Source: an uncultured Acidobacteriota bacterium
GTDB taxonomy: Bacteria > Acidobacteriota > Vicinamibacteria > Vicinamibacterales > SCN-69-37
Reading direction: 5' to 3'
Length of the DNA stretch: 64,000 nt
Assembly: GCA_963751445.1 (NCBI GenBank)
Contig: CAVVUL010000008.1
Coordinates: 201,803 to 265,802 of the forward strand
The notes under the pieces were generated by a model, which was not told where the DNA came from, did not search any database, and saw nothing but the letters and a program-made list of their open reading frames with translations. Of the stretch, positions 9,828-19,853 are shown one piece after another (position 1 is the stretch's first letter; every line of letters starts with the position of its first letter). The position numbers and the translations under genes were made by a program.

Positions 9828-10336
9828 TGCTGCGCCCGATCGTCCGGTTCGGCGAGCACATCCTGCATCAGCCGGCGACACCCGTGACCGTCTTCGACGC
9901 CGAATTGGACCGCCTGATCGATGACATGGTCGAAACGATGTACGCCGCGCCCGGCATCGGCCTCGCGGCGCCCCAGATCGGCGTGGCCAAGCGCCTCTGC
10001 GTCATCGACTTGAGCGTCGGGAAGCGGGGCGGAGAGTTGCTGGTCCTGATCAATCCGGAGTTCGTCGAGCGCGACGGCATGCAGCTCGAAGACGAAGGGT
10101 GTCTCAGCGTGCCCGGGTTCAACGCCACGGTGGCGCGGCCCGCGCGCGCCGTGCTGCGCGCGCTCGACCGGACGGGACAGTCGCGGACCATCGAAGCCAC
10201 CGGCCTGCTCGCGCGCGCTTTTCAGCATGAACTCGATCACCTCGACGGCAAGTTGTTCCTCGATCGGCTGCGCGGACTCAAGCGCGACATGATCGCGCGC
10301 CGCATTCGCAAACTGCAGCGCACCGGGAAGTGGTGA
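9827..10336 (+). CDS. def: peptide deformylase
   Basis: Motifs [18 protein letters not shown] and HELDHL. The start overlaps the aroC stop (TGATG). Confidence 0.9.
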   Translation: MLRPIVRFGEHILHQPATPVTVFDAELDRLIDDMVETMYAAPGIGLAAPQIGVAKRLCVIDLSVGKRGGELLVLINPEFVERDGMQLEDEGCLSVPGFNATVARPARAVLRALDRTGQSRTIEATGLLARAFQHELDHLDGKLFLDRLRGLKRDMIARRIRKLQRTGKW

Positions 10337-11296
10337 TGCCGCTGAGGCTGGTCTTCTTCGGGACGCCCGGTTTCGCGGTGCCGTCGCTCGAAGCGCTGGC
10401 CGCGAGCGGCCACGCGGTAGTGGCCGTGGTCACGCAGCCGGATCGCCCGCGCGGCCGCGGCCACAAGGTCAGCGCCTCGCCCGTGAAGGACGCCGCCGCT
10501 CGGCTGGGCGTGCCGACGTTCCAGCCCGAACGGTTGCGGGATCCGGCGTTCGGCGCGCAGTTGCGCGCGCTCGCGCCGGATCTGGGGGTCGTCGCCGCCT
10601 ACGGCCAGATCCTGCCGGCCGATGCTGATCGACCTGCCGCGCCTCGGGATGATCAACGTCCACGCGTCCTTGCTGCCGCGCTGGCGCGGCGCCGCGCCGA
10701 TTCACCGCGCCATCATCGCGGGCGACCGCGTCACGGGCGTCACGATCATGCGCGTCATCCCCGCGCTGGACGCCGGTCCGATGCTCGCCAGCGTCGAATC
10801 CCCCATTGGACCCGATGAGACGAGCGCCGAGGTGGAGGCGCGCCTCGCCACCATCGGGGCCGACCTTGTGGTGACGATCGTGGACGCCCTGGCGCACGGA
10901 CCGGTCGCCGAGGTGCCGCAGGATGACGCCCGCGCCATCTACGCGGCGCGGCTCGAACGGAGCGATAGCCGGATCGACTTCGCGCGATCGGCGCGCGAGG
11001 TGCACGACGCCATCCGGGGACTGCAGCCGTGGCCGCTGGCGTCCGCGATGCTGCATGGCAAGCGTCTCGCGCTGCTCGCCGCCGACGCGCTGCCGGATGA
11101 AGCCGGCACGGCGGAGCCGGGCACGATCCTCCGCGTCGAGGCCGACGGACTGGTCGTGGCGACCGGCTCGGGCGCCATCCGCCTCCGGCGCGTACAGGTC
11201 GAAGGCCGCCCGGCCGTTTCCATCCGCGATTTTCTGAACGGCCACCGCACACAGCCCGGCGAGCGCTTCGAAGCCGTGCCAGCCGCAGCGCGATGA
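10336..11296 (+). CDS. fmt: methionyl-tRNA formyltransferase; one frame break near 10616-10622
   Basis: [30 protein letters not shown] in ORF 10330..10818 continues as [28 protein letters not shown] in ORF 10622..11296. Sits in the classic def-fmt-rsmB order. Confidence 0.85.
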
Positions 11297-12651
11297 CGCC
11301 CGCGCGGCTGGCAGCCGCCCGCGTGCTGGTGGCCCTCGATCGCGGCCGCACCACCCTCTCCGCCGAAGTCGAGCGCGAGCGGCCCGAGCTGGCCGACCGG
11401 CGGGATCAGGGCCTGTTTCTCGAACTGGCGGCCGGCACCACGCGGTGGCGTGCGGAACTCGACGCCCGACTCGGCGTGCGCCTGCACCGGCCGCTCGAGG
11501 AACTGACGCCGGAACTGCGCGCCATCCTGCGGCTCGCGGCCTATCAACTGCATCATCTCGATCGGGTCCCGGCGCACGCCATCGTGCACGAGTCCGTGGA
11601 GACCGCCCGCGCCTTGCGTCAGGATCGCGCGGCGGGATTCGTCAACGGCGTGCTCCGCAGCCTGGTGCGCGCGGGGCGCCGGCCCGTCGGACTTCCGGTG
11701 CGCCCCACCGATCCGAGCCAGACGGACGCGGCGCTGTCCTACCTCTCCGTGACGCTCTCGCATCCCCGTTGGCTCGTGGCGCGGTGGCTCGCGCGTGTGG
11801 GATTCGAGGCGTGCGAGCGCTGGTGCGTCTTCAACAACACCCCGCCGGAACTGACCGCGCGCCCGATCGACGGGGACGCCGCCGTGATGATTGATCGTCT
11901 GCAACAGGAGGGCGTGGAGGCGGCCCCCGGCCGCTTCGTGCTCGGCGCGATCCGGTTGCCCGCCGGGGCGCTCGGACGCATCTCCCCGGAAATCCGGCGC
12001 GGACTGCTGATTCAAGACGAAGGCTCCCAGGTGGTGGCCTGCCTGGCCGGCGCGAAGCCTGGCGAGCGCGTGCTCGACGTCTGCGCGGCGCCCGGCGGCA
12101 AGACGATCATGCTCACCGAGGGCGCCGGGCCGACCGGCCTGGTCATCGCCGGCGACGTGCGTCCCGCCCGCGTGGCGCTCCTGCGCGAGACGCTGGGCCG
12201 GGCCGGCGCGCACGGGCTTGTGCTGGCGCTCGATGCCGCGGCGGGACTGCCCTTTGGTCCGGTCTTTGACCGCGTCCTGCTCGACGCGCCCTGCTCGGGT
12301 CTCGGCACCCTCAGGCGGGATCCCGACATCAAGTGGAGCCGCCAGCCGGAAGACCTGGCGCGATTCGCGGCTGCGCAGGCCACGATGCTCGCGCGCGCGG
12401 CCGAGACCGTGCGCCCGGGCGGCGCCCTGATTTACGCGACCTGCTCGAGCGAGCCCGACGAAAACGAACGCGTCGTCGACGCGTTCCTCGCAGCGACCCG
12501 CGGCTTCGCGCTGGAGCCCTTCCGGGTCGCGCCGGCGTGCGCCGCCGCCTCGACGGTGCTCGACGAGCAGGGCCGGCTGCGGACCCAGCCGTTCGCCCAC
12601 GGCCTCGATGCGTTCTTTGCCGCGCTGTTGGTCCGGCGCGATTCCGCGTAG
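11293..12651 (+). CDS. rsmB: 16S rRNA (cytosine967-C5)-methyltransferase
   Basis: Intact 452-aa ORF. NusB-like N-terminus, DVCAAPGGKT, DAPCSGLGTLRRDPD, YATCS. ATGA overlap with the fmt stop. Confidence 0.85.
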   Translation: MTPARLAAARVLVALDRGRTTLSAEVERERPELADRRDQGLFLELAAGTTRWRAELDARLGVRLHRPLEELTPELRAILRLAAYQLHHLDRVPAHAIVHESVETARALRQDRAAGFVNGVLRSLVRAGRRPVGLPVRPTDPSQTDAALSYLSVTLSHPRWLVARWLARVGFEACERWCVFNNTPPELTARPIDGDAAVMIDRLQQEGVEAAPGRFVLGAIRLPAGALGRISPEIRRGLLIQDEGSQVVACLAGAKPGERVLDVCAAPGGKTIMLTEGAGPTGLVIAGDVRPARVALLRETLGRAGAHGLVLALDAAAGLPFGPVFDRVLLDAPCSGLGTLRRDPDIKWSRQPEDLARFAAAQATMLARAAETVRPGGALIYATCSSEPDENERVVDAFLAATRGFALEPFRVAPACAAASTVLDEQGRLRTQPFAHGLDAFFAALLVRRDSA

Positions 12652-12669
12652 TACACTTTTGCACGCTTG

Positions 12670-13414
12670 ATGCCATCCTCGTCCAGGACAACCCTCGTCA
12701 GAAAACGAGTCTGGAATGTCGGCCGTTTCCTGGTGCTGATGGCCGGGCTGGCCGCCACGTTCGGCGTGTTTTTCCTGGCGGGATTGCGCGTCACCGCCCG
12801 CGCGCGCGAAGTCGAGGTGCCGGACCTGCGCGGCAAGACGCCGAACGAGGCGAAGACCCTGCTGGGCGAAAAGGGCCTCGTCATGCGGATCGATGAGGCC
12901 CGGAAACCCGACAAAGCCGTGCCAGTCGACCGTGTGCTGGAGCAGGATCCCGGCGCCGGGCTGGTCGTCCGCAAGCAGCGCGCGGTGCGGGTCAGGCTCA
13001 GCGCCGGCCAACGCGAGCCCGTTCTCCCGGTCGTGACGCAGTTGCCCGAACGGACGGCCGAACTGACGCTGGCCTCCGATCAGATCGCGATCGGCTACCG
13101 CGGCGAAGTGCGCACCCTGGGCTACGGGCCGAACGTGATCGTCGCGCAGGATCCGGGCGCCGGTCAGCGGACCGCCACCGTCAACCTGCTGATCAATCGC
13201 GCGGACGCGTCGGCGAGCTACGTGACGCCGGATCTGATTGGCAGCCTCGCCGTCCGCGCGGCCGACGTGCTCCGCGGGCAGGGCTTCCGTGTCGCCGATC
13301 ACGTCCGAGGTGGCCTACCCGGGCCTGCCGCCCGGCGTCGTGGTCCGGCAGACGCCGCAGCCGGGGTTTCGGATCCAGGCCAGTGAGACCATTACGCTCG
13401 AGGTGAGCCGATGA
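12670..13414 (+). CDS. PASTA domain-containing membrane-anchored protein; one frame break near 13296-13300
   Basis: TM anchor (FLVLMAGLAATFGVFFLAGL) followed by three PASTA-like repeats (VPDLRGKTPNEAKTLLGEKGL.., LPVVTQLPERTAEL.., TPDLIGSLAVRAADVLRGQGF). The C-terminus continues in another frame (..[35 protein letters not shown]). The stop overlaps the rpe ATG. Confidence 0.6.
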
Positions 13415-14077
13415 CCGTTCGTATTGCGCCGTCGATTCTGGCCGCCGATTTCGCGCGTCTCGCGGACGAGATCGCCCGCGTGGAAGCCGGCGGGGCGGAT
13501 GTCGTCCACGTGGACGTGATGGACGGGCACTTCGTCCCGAACATCACGATCGGCGTGCCGGTCGTCGCCGCGCTTCGGAAGGCGACGACGCTCCCGCTCG
13601 ATGTCCATTTGATGATCAGCCAGCCGGATCGCTTTCTCGACGCCTTTGCCGCGGCCGGCGCCTCGACCCTGACCGTGCACCTCGAGGCCGCCACGCACTT
13701 GCACCGGACGCTGACGCGGATCCGGGAGCTCGGCATGAAGGCCGGCGTCGCGATCAATCCGGCGACGCCGGTCGATCACGTCCGCGAGGTCGCGGCTGAA
13801 CTCGATCTGCTCCTCGTGATGTCCGTGAACCCGGGCTTCGGCGGGCAGACCTTCATCCGCCGGACGTTCTCGAGAATCGAAGCCGCACGCGCGTTGTTGC
13901 AGCAGGCCGGCAGCCAGGCGGACATTGAAGTCGACGGCGGCGTGGACGTGACCAATGCCGGCGCGCTCGCGCGCGCCGGCGCGACCATTCTGGTCGCGGG
14001 CGTCTCCGTGTTCGGCGCGCCGGATTCCGGCGGCCGCCACCCGGGCCCTGCGTGAAGCCGCCCGTGATGGCCGATAA
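13411..14077 (+). CDS. rpe: ribulose-phosphate 3-epimerase; one frame break at about 14025
   Basis: [36 protein letters not shown]. The expected C-terminus ([16 protein letters not shown]) appears after removing one T of the TT at 14025-14026. Confidence 0.85.
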
Positions 14078-14482
14078 ACCCGTGGCCCCGGCCTCGACGA
14101 CCACGCTGCGCGTCCGCTACGCCGAAACGGACCGCATGGGCGTGGTCTATTACGCCAACTACCTGGTGTGGTTCGAGGTGGCGCGCGCCGATCTGCTGCG
14201 GACCCTCGGCTGGACCTACCGCGAAATGGAGGAATCCGGCGTCTACCTGCCGGTCATCGAAGCGCACTGCGAGTACCGCCGCCCGGCGCGGTACGATGAT
14301 GACGTGGAAATTCGCACCACGGGGTCCGTGGTCTCCGCCGGTGCGCATGAGTTTCGAGTACGAGGTTCAGCATCAAGGGCCGCACCGAGATTGCCGCGGT
14401 CGGTCGCACGTCGCACGCAGCAACCGGGCCAGACGGACGGCCATGCCGGCTTCCGGCCCGTGTCCGGGAGGTATTCGCGTGA
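14067..14482 (+). CDS. acyl-CoA thioesterase, 4HBT/YbgC-like; two frame breaks (about 14340 and about 14375)
   Basis: [31 protein letters not shown], then [20 protein letters not shown]. Continues as ..RMSFEYEV.. and then ..[36 protein letters not shown] in other frames. Confidence 0.7.
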
Positions 14483-15433
14483 AGGCACTCGTCACCGGCG
14501 CAGCGGGTTTCATCGGGTCCCATCTGTCTGAAGCCCTGATCGCCACAGGCGCCGACGTCGTCGGCATCGACTGCTTTACCGATTACTACGCACGCGAGAT
14601 CAAGGAGCGGCAACCTGGCAGGATTGCGCGGGCAGTCCCGGTTCACGTTCGTCGAGGACGCCCTCCAGACCGCGCCGCTGGCGACGCTGCTCGACGGGGT
14701 GACGCATGTGTTCCACCTCGCGGCCCAGGCCGGGGTGCGCAAGAGCTGGGGCGACGACTTCCGGACGTACACGTCGCATAACATCGACGCCACGCAGCGG
14801 CTGCTCGAGGCCGTCAAGGGCCTGCGCCTCCACCGGTTCGTCTACGCCTCGAGTTCGTCGGTCTACGGCGACGTCGCGGCGATCCCGATGCGCGAGGACG
14901 CCTACCTGCAGCCGCTCTCCCCCTATGGGGTGACCAAACTGGCGGCCGAGCACCTGTGCCACCTGTATTACGCGAACTACGGCGTGCCCACGGTATCGCT
15001 GCGGTTCTTCACGGTGTACGGCCCCCGGCAGCGGCCCGATATGGCGTTTCACCGGTTCATTCGCGCCGGGTTCGAAGGCCAGCCCATCACCCTCTACGGC
15101 GATGGCGGCCAGACCCGCGATTTCACGTTCGTGTCCGACATCGTGGACGCCAACCTGGCCGCAGGCGACCGTGGCGCGCCCGGCGCCGTCTATAACATCG
15201 GCGGCGGGAGCCGGGTCTCGGTGCTCGAGGTCCTGGAGCTGGTCGGCCGCCTCACGGGCCGACCCGTCCAGATCCGCCGCGAAGAGGCTCAAAAGGGTGA
15301 CATGCGTGATACTTTCGCGGACACGTCCAGGGCCCAGGCCGACCTGGGATTCCACCCCCGTTTCACCCTCGAGCGCGGACTGGCAGCCGAGTGCGCCTGG
15401 CTCGCCGAGTTGACTGGCGCGGGGCGCCGTTAG
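14479..15433 (+). CDS. NAD-dependent epimerase/dehydratase (SDR); one frame break near 14610-14620
   Basis: (V)[15 protein letters not shown] Rossmann motif and YxxxK ([11 protein letters not shown]). The GTG start overlaps the thioesterase stop (GTGA). ORF 14296..14781 continues in ORF 14624..15433. Confidence 0.75.
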
Positions 15434-15445
15434 GAAAGGACTCTC

Positions 15446-16245
15446 GTGCCGCTGCAGTATCGTTCGTCGACCCGGCTGGTGACCGCCCTGCTGCTCGTGG
15501 GGGCGCTGACCGGTTGCGCCGCCAAGCAGAAAGCCCCGCCGGTCGGGACGCAGGGCGCCGACAAGTATCTGTTCGACAAGGGCACGGAGCTCCTGGGCAA
15601 GAAGAACTGGCTGACGGCGCGCGAGCACTTCCGCCGCCTCGTGGACAGCTATCCGCAGAGTCCCCTGCGCGCCGACGCGAAGCTCGGCATCGCCGACTCG
15701 TATCTCGGTGAAAACCGGGTGGACTCCCGCATCCTCGCGGTCAACGAATATCGCGAATTCCTGACCTACTACCCGCTCAACCCCAGGGCCGACTACGCGC
15801 AGTACCACCTGGCGCTGGCGCAGACCCGGCAGATGCTGACCGCCCAGCGCGACCAGACCAACACGCTGGACGCGCTGACGGAGACCCAGAGATTCCTCGA
15901 CAACTACCCGAACAGCAAGTACCGCCCCGAGGTCGAGAAACTCAACCGGGAGGCGCGCGATCGGCTGTCCGAATACGAGTTCCTGGTCGGGAAGCTGTAC
16001 TTCCAGGGCAAGTGGATGCCGGGCGCGCTGGCGCGGTGGGGCGAATTGCTCAAGACCGATCCCGCGGTACACGCAAAAGGACGAAGTGCTGTACTACACT
16101 GGCGAGGCCCTGTTTCGCGGCGGCGCCGGCCCCCAGGCGATCCCGTATTTCGAGCAGGTGATCTCCGAATACCCGAAGAGCGAGTACGTCAAGAAGGCCG
16201 CAACTCCGGATGAAGGTGCTGAAGCCCATTGCCAAGCGGCCCTGA
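15446..16245 (+). CDS. bamD: outer membrane protein assembly factor BamD-like lipoprotein; 1-2 frame breaks (about 16068 and about 16200)
   Basis: Lipobox LLVGALTGC, then TPR-like repeats (YPQSPLRADAKLGIADSY, YPLNPRADYAQYHLAL, YPNSKYRPEVEK, YPKSEYVKKA). The 3' end is uncertain, at 16245 or 16310. Confidence 0.65.
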
Positions 16246-16296
16246 TGCCCCGGCCTAGCGGCCGTATCGCCGGGCTACCGCCCGTGATGCCCCAAG

Positions 16297-16849
16297 CTAC
16301 GCGCCCATGATGCCATTGATGCGCCGCGTGTAGTCCACGGCCGAGACGATGGCCGAGACCGTCGCCACCCACAGCGCCACCTGCCCCAGAATGAAGAACC
16401 CCTGCAGGTGCCCCTGGCCCAGGATCAGGATCAGAATCGCGGCCACCTGCGCGACCATCTTGACCTTCCCCAGCGGTGAAGCCGGCATCGGGCCGCCCTT
16501 GGCGTGCGCGATGCTGCGAAGCACCGTGACGTAGAACTCGCGGCCGAGGATCACCGCCACCATCCACGCCTGGCCAGATCCAGGTACACGAGCGAGACGA
16601 ACGCCGCGGTGACCAGCAACTTGTCGGCCAGCGGATCCATCCACTGCCCGAACCCGGTGACTTCCTTGCGGCGCCGCGCCAGATAGCCGTCCAGCCAGTC
16701 GGTCAGCGAGGCCACGGCGAAGATGAGCGCGCCCAGATCTCCTTGCTGACGCCGAACGGGTGGAGATCTTTCGGATTTGTCAGCAGGACGACGACGAGCA
16801 GGGGGACCAGGAAGATCCGGCCGATGGTGATGGCATTCGGAAGATTCAC
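16297..16849 (-). CDS. pgsA: CDP-diacylglycerol--glycerol-3-phosphate 3-phosphatidyltransferase-like; two frame breaks (about 16745 and about 16575)
   Basis: (V)NLPNAITIGRIFLVPLLVVV N-terminus. CDP-alcohol motif TDWLDGYLARRRKEVTGFGQWMDPLADK. C-terminal half in ORF 16297..16644. Confidence 0.75.
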
Positions 16850-16911
16850 GGCGATGCCTGCGCCATTCTAGAGCGAAAACCCTTCCGGGCATGGTAAAAT
16901 GCCCGTTTGTC

Positions 16912-17974
16912 ATGAAAGCCATCCTGCTCGCCGGCGGTAAGGGCACGCGGTTGCGGCCGCTCACGCTGCACACCCCCAAGCCGATCGTCCCCATCTTCGA
17001 CCGCCCGTTTCTGCAGTACCAGATCGATCTGCTGCGGCAGGTGCCGGAGATCGACGAAATTGTGCTGAGCCTGAACTACCAGCCCCGGCGCATCGAGGAG
17101 GTGTTCGGCGACGGCTCGGACCTGGGCATCCACCTGCAGCTACGTCGTCGAGCCGACGCCGCTCGGCACCGGCGGCGCCATCAAGTTCGCGGCCGGCGAA
17201 ACGCGGGGCGAGCCCATCGTCGTCTTCAACGGCGACGTGCTTCACGTCGGTGGACCTGCCGGCGGTCCTCGCGCTGCACCGCGAGCGCAAGGCGCGCGCG
17301 ACGATCGTGCTGACGCCGGTCGACAATCCGACGGCGTACGGCCTGGTCGAAACCGATGCGGCACGGCAACGTGCAGCGCTTCCTCGAGAAGCCGTCCGCG
17401 GACCAGATTCACTGCGACACGATCAACGCCGGCATCTACGTGCTCGAGCCGGACACGCTCGACCGCATTCCGAAGGATGCCGTCTATTCCATCGAGCGCG
17501 GCTACTTCCCGTCGCTGGTCGAGAACGGCGAGACGTTCGTCGCCTACGTCTACCGCGGCTACTGGATCGACATCGGCACGCCGGAGAAGTACCGGCAGGC
17601 GCATCGCGACATCATGGACGGCCGGTTTGCGGCGCCGCCGTTCGCCGGCGTCGCCGGCCTCGCCCATATCTCGCCCGACGCGCGGATCGAGGAGGGCGCG
17701 GTCATCGAGGCGCCGTGCTTCATCGACGCCGGCACGGTCGTGAAGAAGGGCGCGCGGATCGGCCCGCTACAGCGTCATCGGCCGCCACTGCCACGTCGGC
17801 GAGAACGCGACCGTGGACGGCGCGATTCTGTGGCCGAACACGTGGGTGGACACCGAAGCGCGCATCGGCGCGGCGCTGGCGGGCCGGCATTGCCATTTCG
17901 GCCGCAACATGGACGTCGGCGGCGCCGCGATGTTCGGCGACAAGTCCGTCATCACCGACTACTCCCGCGCCTGA
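16912..17974 (+). CDS. sugar-1-phosphate nucleotidyltransferase (mannose-1-phosphate guanylyltransferase-like) with C-terminal left-handed beta-helix; at least 4 frame breaks
   Basis: MKAILLAGGKGTRLRPLT, VVEPTPLGTGGAIKFA, GNVQRFLEKPS..INAGIYVLEP, YWIDIGTPEKY. Hexapeptide-like C-terminus ending ..FGDKSVITDYSRA*. Fragments are spread over three frames. Confidence 0.75.
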
Positions 17975-18000
17975 GGCCCCTGAGGCCGCGAAGGACTGCC

Positions 18001-19358
18001 ATGGCCATCAATCCCACCATCTTCAAGGCGTACGACGTCCGCGGGCTGTACCCCGGCGAAATCAACGAAGCGGCCGCGCGCGACATCGGACGCGCCTTCG
18101 TCGCGTATCTCGGGCGCGACCCGTATCGGCGTCTCGCGCGACATGCGCGCTGTCGTCGCCGACGCTGGCGGCTGCGTTCATCGAGGGCGCGCGCGCGCAG
18201 GGCGCCGACGTCGTGGACTACGGCCTCTGCGGCACCGACATGCTGTACTTCGCGGTCGTCCGCGACGGCCTGGACGGCGGCGCGCAGATCACGGCGTCGC
18301 ACAATCCGAAGGCGTACAACGGCATCAAGATGGTGCGCCGCGAGGCGTTCCCGCTCTCGGGCGACGCCGGCATCGGCGACATCCGCGACATGATCGCCGC
18401 CGGCTCGATTCCGGCGCCCACGCGCCCGCCGGGCGGCATCGACACGCGCGATCTGCTCGACGCCTACGTCGACAAGGTCATGTCATTCATCGACCCGGCG
18501 ATCATCAAGCCGTTCAACGTCGTGCTCGACGCCGGCAGCGGCATGGGCGGCCTGGTCGCGCCGAAGCTGTTCGACCGGCTGCCCTGCCGCACGACGCGGC
18601 TGTGCTTCGAGATCGACGGCACCTTTCCGAACCACGAAGCCAATCCGCTCATCGAGGAGAACCGCCGCGACATCGTCGAGCGCGTCATCGCCGAGCAGGC
18701 CGATATCGGCATCGCGTGGGACGGCGACGCCGACCGCTGCTTCTTCATCGACGGCAACGGCGAGTTCATCGCCGGCGACTTCATCACCGCGCTGCTCGCC
18801 GAAGCGGCCCTGCTCAAGTCGCCGGGGCAGAAGATCGTCTACGACGTGCGCGCCAGCTACGCCGTCAAGGACATCGTCTCCGCCCACGGCGGCACCGCGC
18901 TCATGAACCGCGTCGGCCACGCCTTCATCAAGCGCCGGATGCGCGAGGAAGACGCCGTGTTCGGCGGCGAGGTCACGGGCCACTACTACTTCCGCGACTT
19001 CTACTACGCCGACAACGGCTTCATCCCGGCGCTGCTCATCCTGGAGCTGATGTCGAAGAAGAACATGACGCTCCGCGATCTGCTCGCGCCGCTGCGCGCG
19101 AAGTACTTCATCTCGGGCGAGATCAACACCCAGGTGGCCGACATCTCGATGGTCGGCGCCCGCCTCCGCTCGCTCGCCGAGCGCTACAAGGACGGCCACA
19201 CCTACGAACTCGACGGCTTCTCCGCCGAATTCCCCGACTGGCACTTCAACGTGCGCGGCTCCAACACCGAGCCCCTGCTGCGACTGAACCTCGAGGCCAA
19301 GACGCCCGAACTGATGGAGCAGCGACGCGACGAGGTGCTGGCAGTGATTCGGGCGTAA
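18001..19358 (+). CDS. phosphomannomutase/phosphoglucomutase; two frame breaks at about 18120-18160
   Basis: MAINPTIFKAYDVRG, active-site TASHNPKAYNG, metal loop GIAWDGDADR, GGEVTGHYYF. About 1.2 kb of the gene is continuous in ORF 17250..19358. Confidence 0.85.
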
Positions 19359-19462
19359 CGACACTGTATCGATCTAACGGGATATTGATCTATTGATCTA
19401 TTTGGGCGCACGCTGCCGATTTGGCTGAGCGCGCGGAACGGAGCGAGAGCGAGTGAAGCGCG

Positions 19463-19577
19463 CCAGGCGGGGTGCAGGGGTCCCCGCCGATCAGCCAAAT
19501 GCGAACAAGCGGAGCGAGCGTCGCAGCGCGAGCGTAGCGCCGTGAGCCAGGCGGGGTGCAGGGGTCCCCGCCGATCA
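19463..19577. repeat. two perfect 31-bp direct repeats (19463-19493 and 19547-19577), period 84 bp, downstream of tRNA-Gly
   Basis: CCAGGCGGGGTGCAGGGGTCCCCGCCGATCA occurs twice. Each copy contains a GCGGGG..CCCCGC hairpin and is preceded by GAGCGAG-type motifs. The second copy ends 4 nt from the tRNA 3' end. Confidence 0.85.
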
Positions 19578-19581
19578 AAAA

Positions 19582-19655
19582 TGGAGCGGGCTACGGGAAT
19601 CGAACCCGTCTGACTGGCTTGGGAAGCCAGGACATTACCACTATGCTAAGCCCGC
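19582..19655 (-). tRNA. tRNA-Gly (anticodon CCC), CCA encoded
   Basis: The reverse complement GCGGGCTTAGCATAGTGGTAATGTCCTGGCTTCCCAAGCCAGTCAGACGGGTTCGATTCCCGTAGCCCGCTCCA folds as a cloverleaf. Acceptor is GCGGGCT/AGCCCGC, anticodon stem CTGGC/GCCAG with loop TTCCCAA, and the T-arm is GGGTTCGATTCCC. Confidence 0.9.
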
Positions 19656-19681
19656 TCTGCGACGGTGATCATATCAAAGGG

Positions 19682-19853
19682 CCGGAGGGGACGGAGGGCG
19701 TGGAGTCCTCGCACGCGGAGTCAGTTCACACGGAGGCGCGGAGCGACGGAGGAACGGAGTTTTTCTTTTTTCGAACCCCCAAGAAAGAACACTCCGTGCC
19801 TCCGTCGCTCCGAGCCTCCGTGTGAAGTCGTCTCCGCCCCTCCGTCCCCTCCG
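19682..19853. repeat. nested palindromic (MITE/REP-like) element, copy A
   Basis: Outer arms are CCGGAGGGGACGGAGGGCG (19682-19700) and CGCCCCTCCGTCCCCTCCG (19835-19853). Inner arms are TCAGTTCACACGGAGGCGCGGAGCGACGGAGGAACGGAG (from 19721) and CTCCGTGCCTCCGTCGCTCCGAGCCTCCGTGTGAA (to 19826). The first 23 nt of the inner arm are identical to the reverse complement of the arm at 27490-27512. Confidence 0.8.

Noticed and set aside
10939-13302. 787-aa ORF on the minus strand opposite fmt, rsmB and the PASTA gene
   Set aside because: It lies antisense to genes with clear family motifs. Its composition is Arg/Ala/Gly/His/Asp-rich with no recognisable motif. Long stop-free antisense frames are expected at this GC content.
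14600-16072. 490-aa minus-strand ORF opposite the epimerase and bamD. Similar cases are 39728..41182 (-), 8511..9881 (-), 5957..7258 (+) and 56188..57555 (+).
   Set aside because: All lie antisense to confidently identified genes, lack motifs and have the Arg/Gly/Ala/His bias typical of high-GC shadow frames.
19463-19577. Possible CRISPR array (31-bp perfect direct repeats with a 53-bp spacer)
   Set aside because: There are only two repeat copies. The spacer itself is repeat-like (GAGCGAG motifs). No cas genes are present, and the location hugging a tRNA 3' end fits a REP or tRNA-flank repeat better.
19556-19825. 89-aa ORF (MQGSPPIKNGAGYGNRTRLTG..SVPPSLRASV) and the similar ORF 27389..27574
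   Set aside because: The first reads through the antisense of tRNA-Gly and the palindromic element. The second is entirely palindromic element B. Both are repeat-encoded pseudo-ORFs.
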